Origin: Zancudomyces culisetae HAW-14-8
Lineage: Eukaryota; Fungi; Kickxellomycota
Direction of reading: 5' to 3'
Length of the DNA stretch: 64,000 nucleotides
Assembly (NCBI GenBank): GCA_052426225.1
Contig: JBNJNM010000023.1
Span: 248,001 to 312,000, forward strand
The translations under genes were made by a program, and so were the position numbers. Below, piece by piece: positions 12,049 to 24,239 of the stretch (its first letter is position 1; each line of letters starts with the position of its first letter). Under the pieces are notes generated by a model that did no database searches, was not told where the DNA came from, and was given only the letters and a program-made list of their open reading frames with translations.

Positions 12049-13404
12049 ATGAGTGAAAAAACAACAGAAAGGACAAGGAGCGTAGATATCGATTATGAGG
12101 GAGAGACAAGGAATGTCTCTGTGCAGGACGTGCCCCTAGGCTCAAATGTGGAAAAGAGCTCTGAAACTATTGCAGAGGAGCCAAGGCGTGAAAGAAAACC
12201 TGATACTGGGTTTGCATGGGTTATTCTATTCATGGGAATGTTAAACTTTATCATAGCGTTCGGAAATTTTGTGGCATTTGGAGTTTTCCAAACATATTAC
12301 CTGAAAGTCATGTTTGTAGATCAAAAGGCAGCAAGTATCGCGTGGGTGGGAACACTTACCAATGCAATGGCGCAGTCCTGCGGTGTTCTCACAGGTCCGT
12401 TGGCATTCTATATCGGAGTAAGAGGAGTTATGATATTTGCAGGTGTTACAGGAGTAACGGCACTGGTACTGGCGAGTTTTAGCACCAAGCTTTGGCAACT
12501 AATATTAACACAGGGCTTTTTGTATGGACTCAGTTCGGGGATAGTTGCTAATATGACATTTACCGTTGTATCTGGGTGGTTTGAAGTAAAAAGAACACCA
12601 GCACTAACATTGTTAAGTATAGGAGGTGTACTTGGGGGCTTAGTGTTGGTTCCAACTGTAACAGAGTCTATTAACAGCCTAAGCATTGGATGGGCTTTTA
12701 GAATTTTGGCGATTTTGTTCTTTGTGATTTTTGCGGCTGGCTCAGTGCTAATGAGACTGCGTGTCGACTTCAAGTTTTCAAGAAATGTACTGAACCTGAA
12801 GCAACTGAAGGATCCATTCCTACTTTTGGTCTGCGGTGCACAGTTCTTCTTCAACGCAGGATACTTGGTACCTCTTCTGTACTTCCCAGCAAGTATAATC
12901 GATCTTGGTATGTCCAACAATTCGGGCTACAATCTGATCATTGCCTTTTGTGGTGCAGCACTGGTTTCACGATTTGTGCTGACGTTTATTGGAGACATCC
13001 TAGGACCATTAAACATCATTATTGTCAGTAATGTCGTAACAGCATCATTGATGCTTGGACTCTGGCTACCTAACGACAGCATCACCTTACACATTGTGTT
13101 TTATGTGATTTTTGGACTGTTTTCATCGACAATGATTGCGCTCGGTCCCGTACTGGTTGCAAAAAAATACTACAACCATGCAATGAGCCAGGCAAACGGG
13201 CTCTTGTTCCTTTTTACAGGCATATCTACAGTGACAACCACGCCGTTCATCGGGTTCATCTTTGACAAGTTTGGCAACCGAACAGACTATTCACCAATTA
13301 TTATCTGTGGTGCTTGCTGTTACTTTATCAGCGCCGCCATTCTGATCGTTCTGAGAGTCTACTGCAGGAGAAACATCCCAGCCAACAAGACCGGTCCACT
13401 ATAG
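12049..13404 (+). CDS. MFS transporter, MCT/Mch-like family (paralog 3)
   Basis: 451-aa ORF, KPDTGFAW motif, about 12 TM segments, C-terminus RRNIPA..GP shared with paralog 2. Confidence 0.9.
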   Translation: MSEKTTERTRSVDIDYEGETRNVSVQDVPLGSNVEKSSETIAEEPRRERKPDTGFAWVILFMGMLNFIIAFGNFVAFGVFQTYYLKVMFVDQKAASIAWVGTLTNAMAQSCGVLTGPLAFYIGVRGVMIFAGVTGVTALVLASFSTKLWQLILTQGFLYGLSSGIVANMTFTVVSGWFEVKRTPALTLLSIGGVLGGLVLVPTVTESINSLSIGWAFRILAILFFVIFAAGSVLMRLRVDFKFSRNVLNLKQLKDPFLLLVCGAQFFFNAGYLVPLLYFPASIIDLGMSNNSGYNLIIAFCGAALVSRFVLTFIGDILGPLNIIIVSNVVTASLMLGLWLPNDSITLHIVFYVIFGLFSSTMIALGPVLVAKKYYNHAMSQANGLLFLFTGISTVTTTPFIGFIFDKFGNRTDYSPIIICGACCYFISAAILIVLRVYCRRNIPANKTGPL

Positions 13405-13673
13405 GAGCGATAGTGGCGGCGGTGCTAATAGTAGTGTGAGGGAGTGGATTGGAGAGGAGGGGGTTGTTTATTTGTTTTATAATATATCTAGAGAAGCGTT
13501 TTTCCCTCCCCCCCATATTCATTCTGTTTGTGGTTTCAGATTTAGAAAATAATAATAAATGTAAATAGTTTGAATGTCTAATAAAATGAATGCATCATTG
13601 AAACATTATTGTATTTGAAATAACGGCTTTTATTAACTAAAATCAAAAGACATTAAATGAAAAACAAAGAAAA

Positions 13674-15156
13674 TTAAGCAAGATCCTTCTTGAGAGTACC
13701 CATGAATGCCTTCTTCTCGGCATCGGTTTGGAAGCGACCGTGACCAAACTTGGATGAGGTATCAATAAACTTGAGGGAGATGTTCTCAAGAGCAGCGCGC
13801 TTGGTGTGAACACGAAGAGACTTACGGAGAGTAAGAACACGCTTCTTGGCACCAGCACAACATCCCTTGATCATAATAAAGTCCTCGTTGACAATACCGT
13901 AGTGTGGGAAGCCACCCATTGGGGTAATGCGTTTCTTGGTCAAATCGAATTCAGTGCTAGCGTTACCCTCATCATCAGCCTTACCAATGCGGTAGATCTT
14001 CTTGTTAACCTCAGTACGGTGATGGTAACCGTTTTGACCAGCACGGGCAACTGAGTACATAACGCGAGATGGATGCCATGCTCCAATACAAGCAACCTTG
14101 CGCAAACCTTTGTGGGTCTTGCGTGGCAACTTCTTGGTTCCCCAACGGTGAGTGACACCTTCGAAACCGTGACCCTTGGTAACGGCAATGATATCAACGT
14201 TTTCGCTTGGCTCGAATACATCGCTTACGGATACTTCCTTTTCGAAGTGCTCCTTGGCCCAGTCGACCTTTTGAGCAATGGTTCCTCCGTTAACTTGGAC
14301 CTCAAGCAAGTGTGCCTTCTTCTGTCCGATCTTGACCTTGCGCATTTGGGTGTGTGCCAATACTCTGACTACTGTACAGTATTTCTTGATGCGCTCCAAG
14401 TCTCTTGTGATGGCCTTTCCGTCGTTTTCGGTGTATTTCTTGGCATAGCTGGTGAATGCCTTTCTCTTGGATCTGTACCAGTTCTTGTAGAATCTGCGTT
14501 TGACCTCATCAGACAAGTGTTCAGCCCACACTGTTGTCAACGATCTAAGTCCTCTTGGGGTTTCGATGTATCCTACAACTCCTACAATGACCATTGGTGG
14601 TGCCTCGATGACTGTTACAGCCTCGACAACCTCCTTCTTGTGCATCTTGGATCCTGGTCTGTCCAAGTCTCTTACAACGTGGGTCATACCAGCCTTGTAT
14701 CCGATGAAGGCTGTCAAGTGGATTGGCTTCTTTGGGTCATCTCTTGGGAATGACTTTACTCTTCCTCTGTGTCTGGCGGCTCTCTTGCGTGGCAAGAATC
14801 CCAATGAACCGTGGCGTGGTGCTTCGAACTTTCTGTGAGACTATTATTATCAAAGTATTTATTGTTTCATTTAGTTTCGGTATAACTACATTCCTTAAGG
14901 TGTGTTAAAATGTGGAATATGTTGTCTTTGGGAAGAGAAGAACTAGATTCAAGTATGTTTTCATTGAATCGTAATTTATAATCAGAAATTGTGTCGGTTT
15001 CTTATCAAGATACCACATCATCAACCTCTAAATATAAAGTTCTGATTCTGTTATATCACGATTTGTCAGCGTTTTCCTGGTGCCAAAGCCTGTGATATAT
15101 TCGCATCTGTCCCGACAACATCCTTTTTTACTAAAGTTACTTGATTTACTTACCAT
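13674..15156 (-). CDS. RPL3: 60S ribosomal protein L3 (uL3). Exon 1 is ATG only (15154-15156), intron 14841-15153, exon 2 13674-14840
   Basis: Spliced start M|[20 protein letters not shown]; conserved [21 protein letters not shown]; GTAAGT donor and TAG acceptor. Confidence 0.97.
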
Positions 15157-15714
15157 GTTTATTTACCAACGAAATTTCGCTAATATTTCTACTATATTAA
15201 AAGAGATTCAAAAATACAATTTATTTAGCTGATAAATTATAGTTTCTAATGTCCCTTTTCCAAATATCAAAATTTTTTTTCAAAAATTTTTTTTTGCAAA
15301 AAAAAATACAATGATTCCAATGATAATCTCATAATATAATTGGCTATTTCACTTTAGGAGAAAGCATGAAGAATACCAAGTATCCAAAATATATAGGAAC
15401 CAGTAAACCCGGGAGTATCTAGTTATTCGTTGCTCTGTTAGTTTCAACAGTCCTCCAACTCTGGAGTATCAATTGAAAACAATAACTTCAAAACGGCAAA
15501 CTACTAGTCATCTTTTACACATAGGTATCACGACTTTCCCGTTAGAGAGCAGCATTTTCATCACAAAGCTTATATCACATATCCTTCAAAAAAACATCTT
15601 TTTATTATCTGTCCCTTATAGTAAAGAAAAATGCAAAAAAAAAAACAACATATCAATAACCTGTTAGGGAGCAAGATGCTACAAATTTATATAGATGCGT
15701 CTAGAGTGATAAGA

Positions 15715-16571
15715 TTACAAGTCGTACGCATTAACTGGGTGCTTTAAAGGTATCATGCTTTTTTTTTTGACATCTTTGGAAAGCGCCTTTCGCATATCAT
15801 ATCCGTCTTCAGCAGGCGCAAGCCCAGATTTCCAGTAGTAATTCAAAATTCTTCTATATACTACATACCCAAGCTGCTTGTACATGTTAACAGCCACTTT
15901 GTTGGATGGCCGCACAAACAAGTCCACAAAGTAACAACTATATGTTTTATCGGATGCCTCTTCCAAAAAGTGCATCATAATCTGTGCCAGACCCAAGCGA
16001 CGGTACTCTGGCCCCACTGTTATCGCCGTTACGTGACCATGCCAGTTTGTCCCTTTTCCCTCAACTTTGCCCATCACTATTAATTATTATTTTTTTTACA
16101 ATACCCCTCAGTCAGCATTTTTTTTAATGCTCTTTTAGTGGTGGATCACCCAATCTACCAGCGTATTTAAAATTTTAAGCCCGTGTTAATATTAAGTACT
16201 GACAACATGACTTACTATATCCCATAAGCTCTCCTGTGTTCGACTCTGCAACTTGGAACAAATCCGGCCAAGTGGCCATGTATTGCATATAAAAGAGATT
16301 ATCATACTAAAACAAATTATTTGTAAATATCTTATCACTTTTCTACCATTATCATCCCTTCGACACCTCATAAATACTTAATTGAAATCAGAGTGATAGA
16401 TGAAACCCTCACTTACTGTCTCTGTAAAATAATCTAAATTGCTATAAAATTGGTAGATTAACACTTGTTTTAGACGTGAAGCTGAGTATTTACATATTGT
16501 AAAATGTATTATTCTTACATTGAATTAAACTTAAACAAGTCTGTCGCCTTAAACTGTCGAATCGTAGTCAT
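15715..16571 (-). CDS. NAT3: NatB N-terminal acetyltransferase catalytic subunit (NAA20/Nat3), 4 exons
   Basis: Spliced MTTIRQFKATDLFKFNSINLDYFTETY...GELMGYMMGKVEG..WHGHVTAITVGPEYRRLGLA..YFVDLFVRPSN; GTAAG donors. Confidence 0.92.
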
Positions 16572-16962
16572 TATTCATTTACTATCCTTACTATATATAT
16601 TTTATTTCTGTTTACCCTGATGTTTAATATTATTTTCTTTATCCTAACCAAAAAATAACCCCCTGTTGCAGTATCCCATTATTTACCAGAAAATTGCAGT
16701 TAGAAAAAACAACCAACAACCAACAAAAAATACTGATTAAAATATTTTAGCATTGATTAGGGTGAGGAGAGTTATTTTTTTGTTTATTTTAGAAATGCAA
16801 ACTCAGTAATACAGCAATCAAGACTAATAAGCTTATACTCGTATGTTTTATGAATTGGTGTTTATGTGAACTCTTAACCTAAATCACTCATAATTATAAT
16901 TTGCAGGTACAAATATTAAAATTCTGGAATAAAAAACGAACCTTCAGAGCTTCAAGTAAACG

Positions 16963-18069
16963 ATGAGACAGAAAGAGGCACCAGAAAGGAGAAACAAAAC
17001 GGAGGAGCGAAAGCTGAGAATAGACTATAGAAAGATCTTGGAAGAAACTGAACGTAAGACTCAAGTATACTACTCATACTCACTATACAAAACTAAATGC
17101 ATCTTTTGTATACCCTAATAACAGAAAAGAAATTGGAAATACTCGAAGGAGACAGCGAGTTATTGATCGAGGAGATCTTGGAATCAAACAAGCTATTTGA
17201 AAGAGGTACGATGTTAATTATAACACAGCTTACAGACTTTATCGATTTACAGAAATGAAAACCCATATATTTCCGAAACCCTCTAATAGAAATAAACATA
17301 ATATCGAATAGTAAAAAGTACACAGGATGCGACACTTGATTCGAGATTGTTGAAACTATCGGCGTTCATAGCTGAAAACAAGACACGTAAAATGCAAAAT
17401 GACATCAGTAGATTTGACATGGACGAATACATCAGAAAAATAAAACACAAACTATACGGAAGCAATGCCGAAGAAAAGGAAGCGATTGGAGTTCCGGCGG
17501 ATTGGAGTAAACTAGGTAAAATAGCATCCAAATACACAGCAAGAGCGCCAGGACTGTGTGCGGTCAGTGGAAGGCTGCGAATAGAGGGAGGGGCGACGCA
17601 AAGAAGAAGAAGGAGAGCGGCAGAAGAAAATGGCGCTAATAGCAATCAAAGAGCAGCGAATAGACATGTCCCAGGCGAGACAAAGACGATAAACGAACTC
17701 GATATGGATGGATATAAGGCCAAACGGCAACAGGAAAACGAAACTACAAAACAGATATATATACTACACAAGACACTGACACAGCTAGGTCGGGAAGTGA
17801 GTTTGTTTGAGTTTGTTATTAACCCACAGTCCTTTTCTGAAACTGTAGAGAATATCTTTTATCTATCATTTCTGATCCGAGAGGGAAAGGTAGTGATGGA
17901 TACAAGTAGTGGGGTTCCGATGATTGCGGCCTGCGAACAGCCCCAGCAAAGTGACTATACTAAGGGACTCAAAAAGAAGCAGCTGATTTTTGATATAGAT
18001 ATGAATACTTGGAAAAAGCTGATACAAGTGTATGGCATCAAAAAATGTATTATTCCCTCGCGGTCTTAG
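16963..18069 (+). CDS. NSE4: Smc5/6 complex kleisin subunit Nse4/EID3, multi-exon (5' exons approximate)
   Basis: VKSTQDATLDSRLL and the Nse4 C-terminal motif SLFEFVINPQSFSETVENIFYLSFLIREG; upstream exon ERKLRIDYRKILEETE followed by GTAAG. Confidence 0.85.
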
Positions 18070-19049
18070 CGCAATTTTTTTTTTGAACTTTTGATTGTGT
18101 TTTAAATGTATGTTTCTGTGGTTTATATAACGTAAGTTGACCTGTATGGCTCACTATTCAACATACCACGAACTAATAGGCAATGTTCTCAGTAATACAA
18201 GTTTGCTGATGTTGGTTGATAGCAATACATGATTCGCCATGTGTTTGTGTTTTGGTTAAATCAGGTTGAAAAAGGCTGACAGGATTTTTGACCAAAGATC
18301 ATGAATGTTACGCAATTTTTTGTTTTTAGGAAGGGGGGGGGAACGGGGGATGGTGATTATTTTCATCAATTGCAAACCCTAAATACTTTTTTTATTATTT
18401 GGAAGAGAAAAAAAAAATTTTTTTTATGGTTAAGCGATTCCAATTTTGAGCTAGTCAGCTAACACAAAATCAAAATGTTATTAAAGACCCACAAATCAAT
18501 TTTAGTGAATAATTGAATATCGGTAATGAAAATTTTGAATCTGACGAAAAATGGTATAATCCAAAAACTAAAAAGAAAAAAAGTAGAATACAAACTGCAT
18601 CTTGGGTCTTGAAACTACGTTTTTATTTGACCTTTAATAGTAGTTGAGATAAAATACACTTTAAAGGAGCAATACCAGTACTTAAAGAGAAAAACTGGGC
18701 AGCTGATTTCATCGTGGCATCGGAAAAAAATTTTGGAATGGAATTTGCGAATGCACCACATGTCGAAGTTTACAGCTTGAACAACGAAATTGTGGAATTC
18801 AACAAGGTCTTATTTTGTGCGAGTATTGGAATATCCTCCTATATATAAAATCCATTAGAACGAGCCATAAATAAAAGTAATAGAAAGGCGATATAGTAGC
18901 ATATTGTAAATACTGTAGACTAGTCTGAACGGAAAACAATAAAGAATATACGAAAACACGAATTCAAAAGTAATAGAAATATTAATAATATTGGAAACAA
19001 CCAGAACACACAGTGCATACTATTATAGACATACAGCATAAAGAGAAAA

Positions 19050-19970
19050 ATGCAGGTACGAGCTGAAACACAAATACAACAAACCACAGATTCCGGGGAA
19101 TCTAGTAACAGTAGTGGTAGTGGTACCGTGACAAACACACGGCCTAGAAGAACCATACGACCACCTAAGCATAGATTATACGATTTGATTGCAGCCGAGC
19201 CGCAGGCTGCAAAGAAACCAAGAGCCGCTAAAATCACCAAGACTGCCAAGAAGGGAAAGAAGGAAGAAGTACATAAATGCCTCCTCTGTGACGAAAACTT
19301 TTCTTGCTTGGAGCAACTGCAATTTCATATGGAATACTGTTTCGTTGAAGAGGAAAGTGATAGCAACAGCTTTGATACCGAGACTACAGTCGTTGAGCGC
19401 GAACAACAAGAGAATTTACTAGCTAATGATAAACAATTCAACACGGAGTCAGTCTTTGAGGCTTGTGACAAGTCGTTCACCAATGTTGATATTGACGAAG
19501 AAGAAAAAGATGACGATGTATACGGTAATAGTCAATATTCGAATAAGGATTTAATGGGGATTTTTGACAAGGGTGTAGAAAAGGAAATCGAAACTCCCAG
19601 TGAACAAGTTGGCAACGACGTTAGCAACAATGAAATTGGTGATAATAGTTTAAGTATTAATAAAACAGCTATAAAAAGTAGTGCGAATAGCAAAGAAAAG
19701 AACAATAACAAAAACAAAAAACAAGGCCAAAATTGCCAGAAAACACTTGTAGAATTACTCAAGTCTCAACTGAAATGCCAATCTGAACAACTACAAAACG
19801 TTCCCAAGTGCTTGATATGCCTGGAAAACTATAAAAATCCATTAACCAGCGTTGTTTGTTGGCATGTGTATTGCGAATCGTGCTGGCTAAAGACGCTGGG
19901 TGTAAAAAAACTATGTCCTCAATGCCAACAAATTACCCAACCAGAAAGTCTAAGAAAAATCTATCTCTGA
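19050..19970 (+). CDS. RNF220-like RING E3 ubiquitin ligase (5' end uncertain)
   Basis: C-terminal CLICLENYKNPLTSVVCWHVYCESCWLKTLGVKKLCPQCQQITQPESLRKIYL resembles the RNF220 RING; upstream C2HC finger CLLC...HMEYC. Confidence 0.75.
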   Translation: MQVRAETQIQQTTDSGESSNSSGSGTVTNTRPRRTIRPPKHRLYDLIAAEPQAAKKPRAAKITKTAKKGKKEEVHKCLLCDENFSCLEQLQFHMEYCFVEEESDSNSFDTETTVVEREQQENLLANDKQFNTESVFEACDKSFTNVDIDEEEKDDDVYGNSQYSNKDLMGIFDKGVEKEIETPSEQVGNDVSNNEIGDNSLSINKTAIKSSANSKEKNNNKNKKQGQNCQKTLVELLKSQLKCQSEQLQNVPKCLICLENYKNPLTSVVCWHVYCESCWLKTLGVKKLCPQCQQITQPESLRKIYL

Positions 19971-20959
19971 TTGTTGTTGAGCGTCTGGATTCCCAAATTT
20001 ATCCTTCTTTCCGAACTTATATCTCCTCCCTCATGTTCGCTGTCATACTCATTCTCGTCGTTTATATCTACCGCCCTACTTTGGCTGTTATTTTCTGAAC
20101 GTTCGTTTTCAAGTTCGTTGCTTACTAGTGTATTGTAATAATAAAGTGTTGTAGCTGATGATGATGGAACTATTCTACATTTTTCAGCTATAAAATATAT
20201 TTTTTTCGATATCGTTTTGGCCACATTTTGTATTGCCCCCTCTGGGAAAAAGCTCGCAAAGCTAAAGGCTTCGCTCAGGTCTCCTCTAATATCGCCGTTT
20301 TGCTTATAGAATCGAAGATATATCCAGCTTGTCAGTACTCCTACTACTATTTTAACTATGTTGCTAGCCGCTACTGCCTTTTCATTTGTGTCGCTGCTTA
20401 ATAGCGCTCTCACTGTGTTCCACACACCCGCTACCGTTAAATATACCATTGGTAAATAGTTTATTCTAAACGTTATTACTCCCCCGAACACTCTTGCTTG
20501 ATACTCTGCACTGATCTGCTTAAATGCTACCGTAAACCCCGACAATATCCCCCCAATCCCGTAAATCTCCGCTTTTATAATTCCCCATCTGTTTAGTGTA
20601 ATCACACCGATTATCGTGTACAATACTCCTGTTACCAGAACCGGTGCTATGCTTATGATTGCCATATACTTTACTGTTGCAGGAAAACCCCAGTTTCTTT
20701 CTATTCCTGAAGCTCCTGCCACCAAGATTATCGTTCCCAAAAATATCCAAAGAAAGCCTATTTCTATGAAGCTAGTCGTCAGTATCGACCAGGGATTTGT
20801 AATCATATTTGCTGGCTTCATTATCAAATTATTCAAAACTGCACCATCGTTATACTCCTTAAAACTTGTTGCAACTAGTGAAAGTGTAATGTATATCACT
20901 CCTATTATGTACCCAGAGCTTTGGATCTCCGACATTTGTCTGGTGAACACATTCGCCAT
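19961..20959 (-). CDS. TMEM115/DUF1751 rhomboid-like integral membrane protein
   Basis: PWSILTTSFIE, GFTVAFKQ, SWIYLRFY and GDLSEAFSFASFFP motifs. Confidence 0.85.
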   Translation of the reverse strand: MANVFTRQMSEIQSSGYIIGVIYITLSLVATSFKEYNDGAVLNNLIMKPANMITNPWSILTTSFIEIGFLWIFLGTIILVAGASGIERNWGFPATVKYMAIISIAPVLVTGVLYTIIGVITLNRWGIIKAEIYGIGGILSGFTVAFKQISAEYQARVFGGVITFRINYLPMVYLTVAGVWNTVRALLSSDTNEKAVAASNIVKIVVGVLTSWIYLRFYKQNGDIRGDLSEAFSFASFFPEGAIQNVAKTISKKIYFIAEKCRIVPSSSATTLYYYNTLVSNELENERSENNSQSRAVDINDENEYDSEHEGGDISSERRINLGIQTLNNNQR

Positions 20960-21329
20960 CTCTTCTTTTTTTTTCGTTGGTTGTTTGCCGTTGGTTTCCC
21001 TTTTATACTATCTACTCTTGTTGTTGCTGTCTTTTTCTTTTTGCACTACCTGGTAGTCCTAAAAGATCTAACTATGATGTGTCTTGTTTTGTTTTGTAAA
21101 TCTGTGTTAATATTTTTCAGACCCTTTTACTATTTATTTTGCTTTTTTTAACTAATTTCTGGGATGTTTAAATTTTCCATAGATATGTGTCGTTTATTAA
21201 AAGATTGTCGAAAGTTAGAACATTCTGTCTATTTACAACCCACAGATTAACTTTATTTTCAATTGTTATTATCCTTTACAATATTTTTTTCATGTATCCA
21301 TAGTATTTTGGATGTTTTTTTTTAGATTA

Positions 21330-21372
21330 ACACACACACACACACACACACACACTCTCTCTCTCTCTCTCT
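21330..21372. repeat. Compound (CA)n(CT)n microsatellite
   Basis: Directly visible acacac...ctctct run. Confidence 0.95.
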
Positions 21373-22410
21373 TCTTTCCTCATGAATACTTAAAGAGCCG
21401 CTGTTACAATGATGTCGTTAGCTCGGTTAATATTGGAGCTCGTCAAAAATAAACACTATAGTATGTTGGCCCAGAGTTTTTTGTTTTGTTTGTTTTAAGT
21501 GAGAAAAGACAATAATAAAGAAAACATTGAATTTTCTACACATTTTTTTGAATATTTCTTTTATTTCAACTTTCGCAACCTTCCCAAACCCTTCCATTAA
21601 ACAAATAGACATATTGAACAGATTTCACCTATTCATTGTTGAACATTAAGACTTTAGAGTAATACTAGCGGTACCATTTTCAGTACACATTTATACTATG
21701 CCCCTTTGTCCATAAAAACCGATTATGTATGGGTTTCACGTTAATATCTGTTTTAATGTTATTGAGTAAACATAATGGAAAAAAAAGTACAACGCTAATG
21801 TAATAAAAATAAAGATATATTATCCCCAATTGAATACAGGATACTTTTGTCGTGCTTGTTCGGCAAAATTTAATGGGCTTTCAACAACCCTCTTGATGTT
21901 TTAAATTTACTACCACGGTTAATGAGTATATAAAATATAAAATTAATAATATTATCTACAGGTTGCGAAAATTGACATGCTGAGGAAGGGTGTTGTTGTT
22001 GTTGTTGTTGTTGCTGTTGCTGTTGTTATTAATGTATATATTTTATTATTTGGTTTCATCCCAAAAACTCGCTTTTCTTGTCTTCATAGTCCTATTTTTA
22101 TGCGCATTAAATATATAGAAAAACTAGCCTGGATAAAGTACAAAACATGGCCTACTTTTATATTAACAAACAAAGCCATCTTGATATAGATCACTATGAT
22201 GATGATAATAATGATGATGATGATTATTACTATTATTATATACGATCTTACCGAGCTACCGCTACTATTTTCGTTGCAATGGTTCTTCTCGCCAAAAAAC
22301 TCATCCATGTTAAACTTGCCATCTGGGTACAGTACATGGATACATACACATAAACATGTTTTCGGGTCTTTACAGTTTGCTTGGTGGCAGCACACCTTTG
22401 AACCATTTTC

Positions 22411-22452
22411 CATTTTGTTCATTTTGTTCATTTTGTTCATTTTGTTCATTTT
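22411..22452. repeat. Tandem 9-mer (CATTTTGTT)x4+ inside a simple-repeat-rich interval
   Basis: Directly visible; neighbouring GTT, GAT and TAT triplet runs at about 21990-22240. Confidence 0.9.
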
Positions 22453-24239
22453 ATTTGTGATTATTGTTCGTTGCTGTTCCTGTCTTTACTTTAGTAGTGT
22501 CTTTTTTTCTTACGGAAATAAATGTGTGTTTATGCTACTTTAATGTTTATTTTTCAAATGGTATTCACAGTTTAAGAGCTCTTTTAGTATTCATGGTATG
22601 TGTGATGGTGCATATATATATATATCTACGGCGGATAATAGTATTTGCGTTGTTTATTTTGTTTTATATTAATATTTGACCCATTCATACCCAAAATAAC
22701 CGTAGCTCAATTATGTTAGTAATACCGCTGCTACTGCATCTCCTCACAAAGATATGAAATTGATAGTAATTTTATCATTATTTTTTATTACTACCCAATT
22801 GCTTTATAAAGTAATTGCTGAAAAATAAGCGGTGGTGTTGTTTTAGCCAGATGATATCATTATCACAAGTAATTACTAACCCCTCACCTTAGAAGAGACC
22901 ACGACAACAGAACAGTCGTATCTTCATATGGTAATAATGACGCTGATGAAAACGCACCACATCCTCCCTGTAAACAAAAATTTTTATCTTTCTACACTCA
23001 AACTTATACAAAATATGAAGGAACACACAACCTTTTTTTGTAGAAAACCAATCATTATTGCTTATTTATGAACTATGTTGGACAAAATGTAATTTGAACA
23101 CGTCTATAAGTGTTGACATCATCATTTCTATTAATCAAAATTTTTCTCGATTCTTTTTTTTTTACAAGTTCGATATGTGAAAGTGATAGTAGGTGATTTT
23201 AAGAGCGCCTAAACACGTAATTGTTAATCGATTGTACCCAAAATGCCAAATTCGACCGGGATTTCTCTGCTATAAGTAATTTTACTTAATCATATTCAGT
23301 GATCCTAATTACTATTCTATAAACATCTGTGAATCCCTTGATTCTCAGACTACCTGTTACAGATATATTACCAATTGCAACTGCGTATCAGGATCCAGAA
23401 ATGTCAATCAGTTTTTTTAAGGTAGTGTGGCAACTGTACAGAGTTCACTTTGGATCAACCCTTTTTATGCTTTGTTACACCAGCGAAGTGTAAATGTGCA
23501 ATGTAATTTACTAAAATGGTGTATATTGTGATACGACTTGTGGGAAACTCGTATCATCTCATCATGCAAAAACGCTTCTTTTAAATGTAAACGTTGATAC
23601 TCCGCCTGGTTCTTGTTTGCCAGATTCTTCTTTTGAAAAACTTGTTATTAATTTATCCGACTTTTTGTTCTTTTTCAGCTTCACCAGGTTATCTTGACAA
23701 TTTTCAATTAACAGAAACAAATATAATTTGGTTTTTTCAAGAATCGGGTGCTTGTGTTTTACCAAAAAATAGGCCACTAAATGAGTAATTGTAAGATAAT
23801 TTTATATATGAATAGAGTTCTCGGAACAAAGGATACAAGTATCTAGTACCCACAAACGCTTTGGAATGTCATGTGCCACACCTTGTGCTATCAAGAGCGA
23901 GTAAAAAACAAGATTTGCAATTTAATGGTACTAAGATGATTTGTTTAACAACCAAAAAATTTCCAATAAACAATATATCTGTTAGTGACTGTTCCCCAAA
24001 GATATAAAAAACTCACATGTAAGGAATCAAACATGTGAATAATTATATCAAGCTTTTTCTCTTCAGTTTGGTGATGTTTTTACGAAATGTGTTTTGTTAT
24101 TCTAGGATAACAAAATTAAAATTTTAATTCATCAAATGAAATCTATCACTACAAAAAAAGGCACTAATAATGACAATTCCCTTCTACAAATTAAAAAAAG
24201 AATAGAAACAGGAACTATAAAGAGAAACATCTTTGGAAC

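Noticed and set aside
13643-14908. Multiple ORFs antisense or alternative-frame to RPL3 (e.g. 14073-14753)
   Set aside because: Shadow ORFs caused by codon bias of a highly expressed gene; no recognisable motifs
14982-15024. C/D-box snoRNA in the RPL3 intron (TGATGA...CTGA on the minus strand)
   Set aside because: The boxes span only about 43 nt and no rRNA guide complementarity was recognised
22084-22543. Cys-rich ORF 22084-22449 and overlapping ORFs
   Set aside because: Largely built from simple repeats. A small real exon (MENGSKVCC...SS|GTAAG) cannot be excluded, but no gene model or family could be supported.
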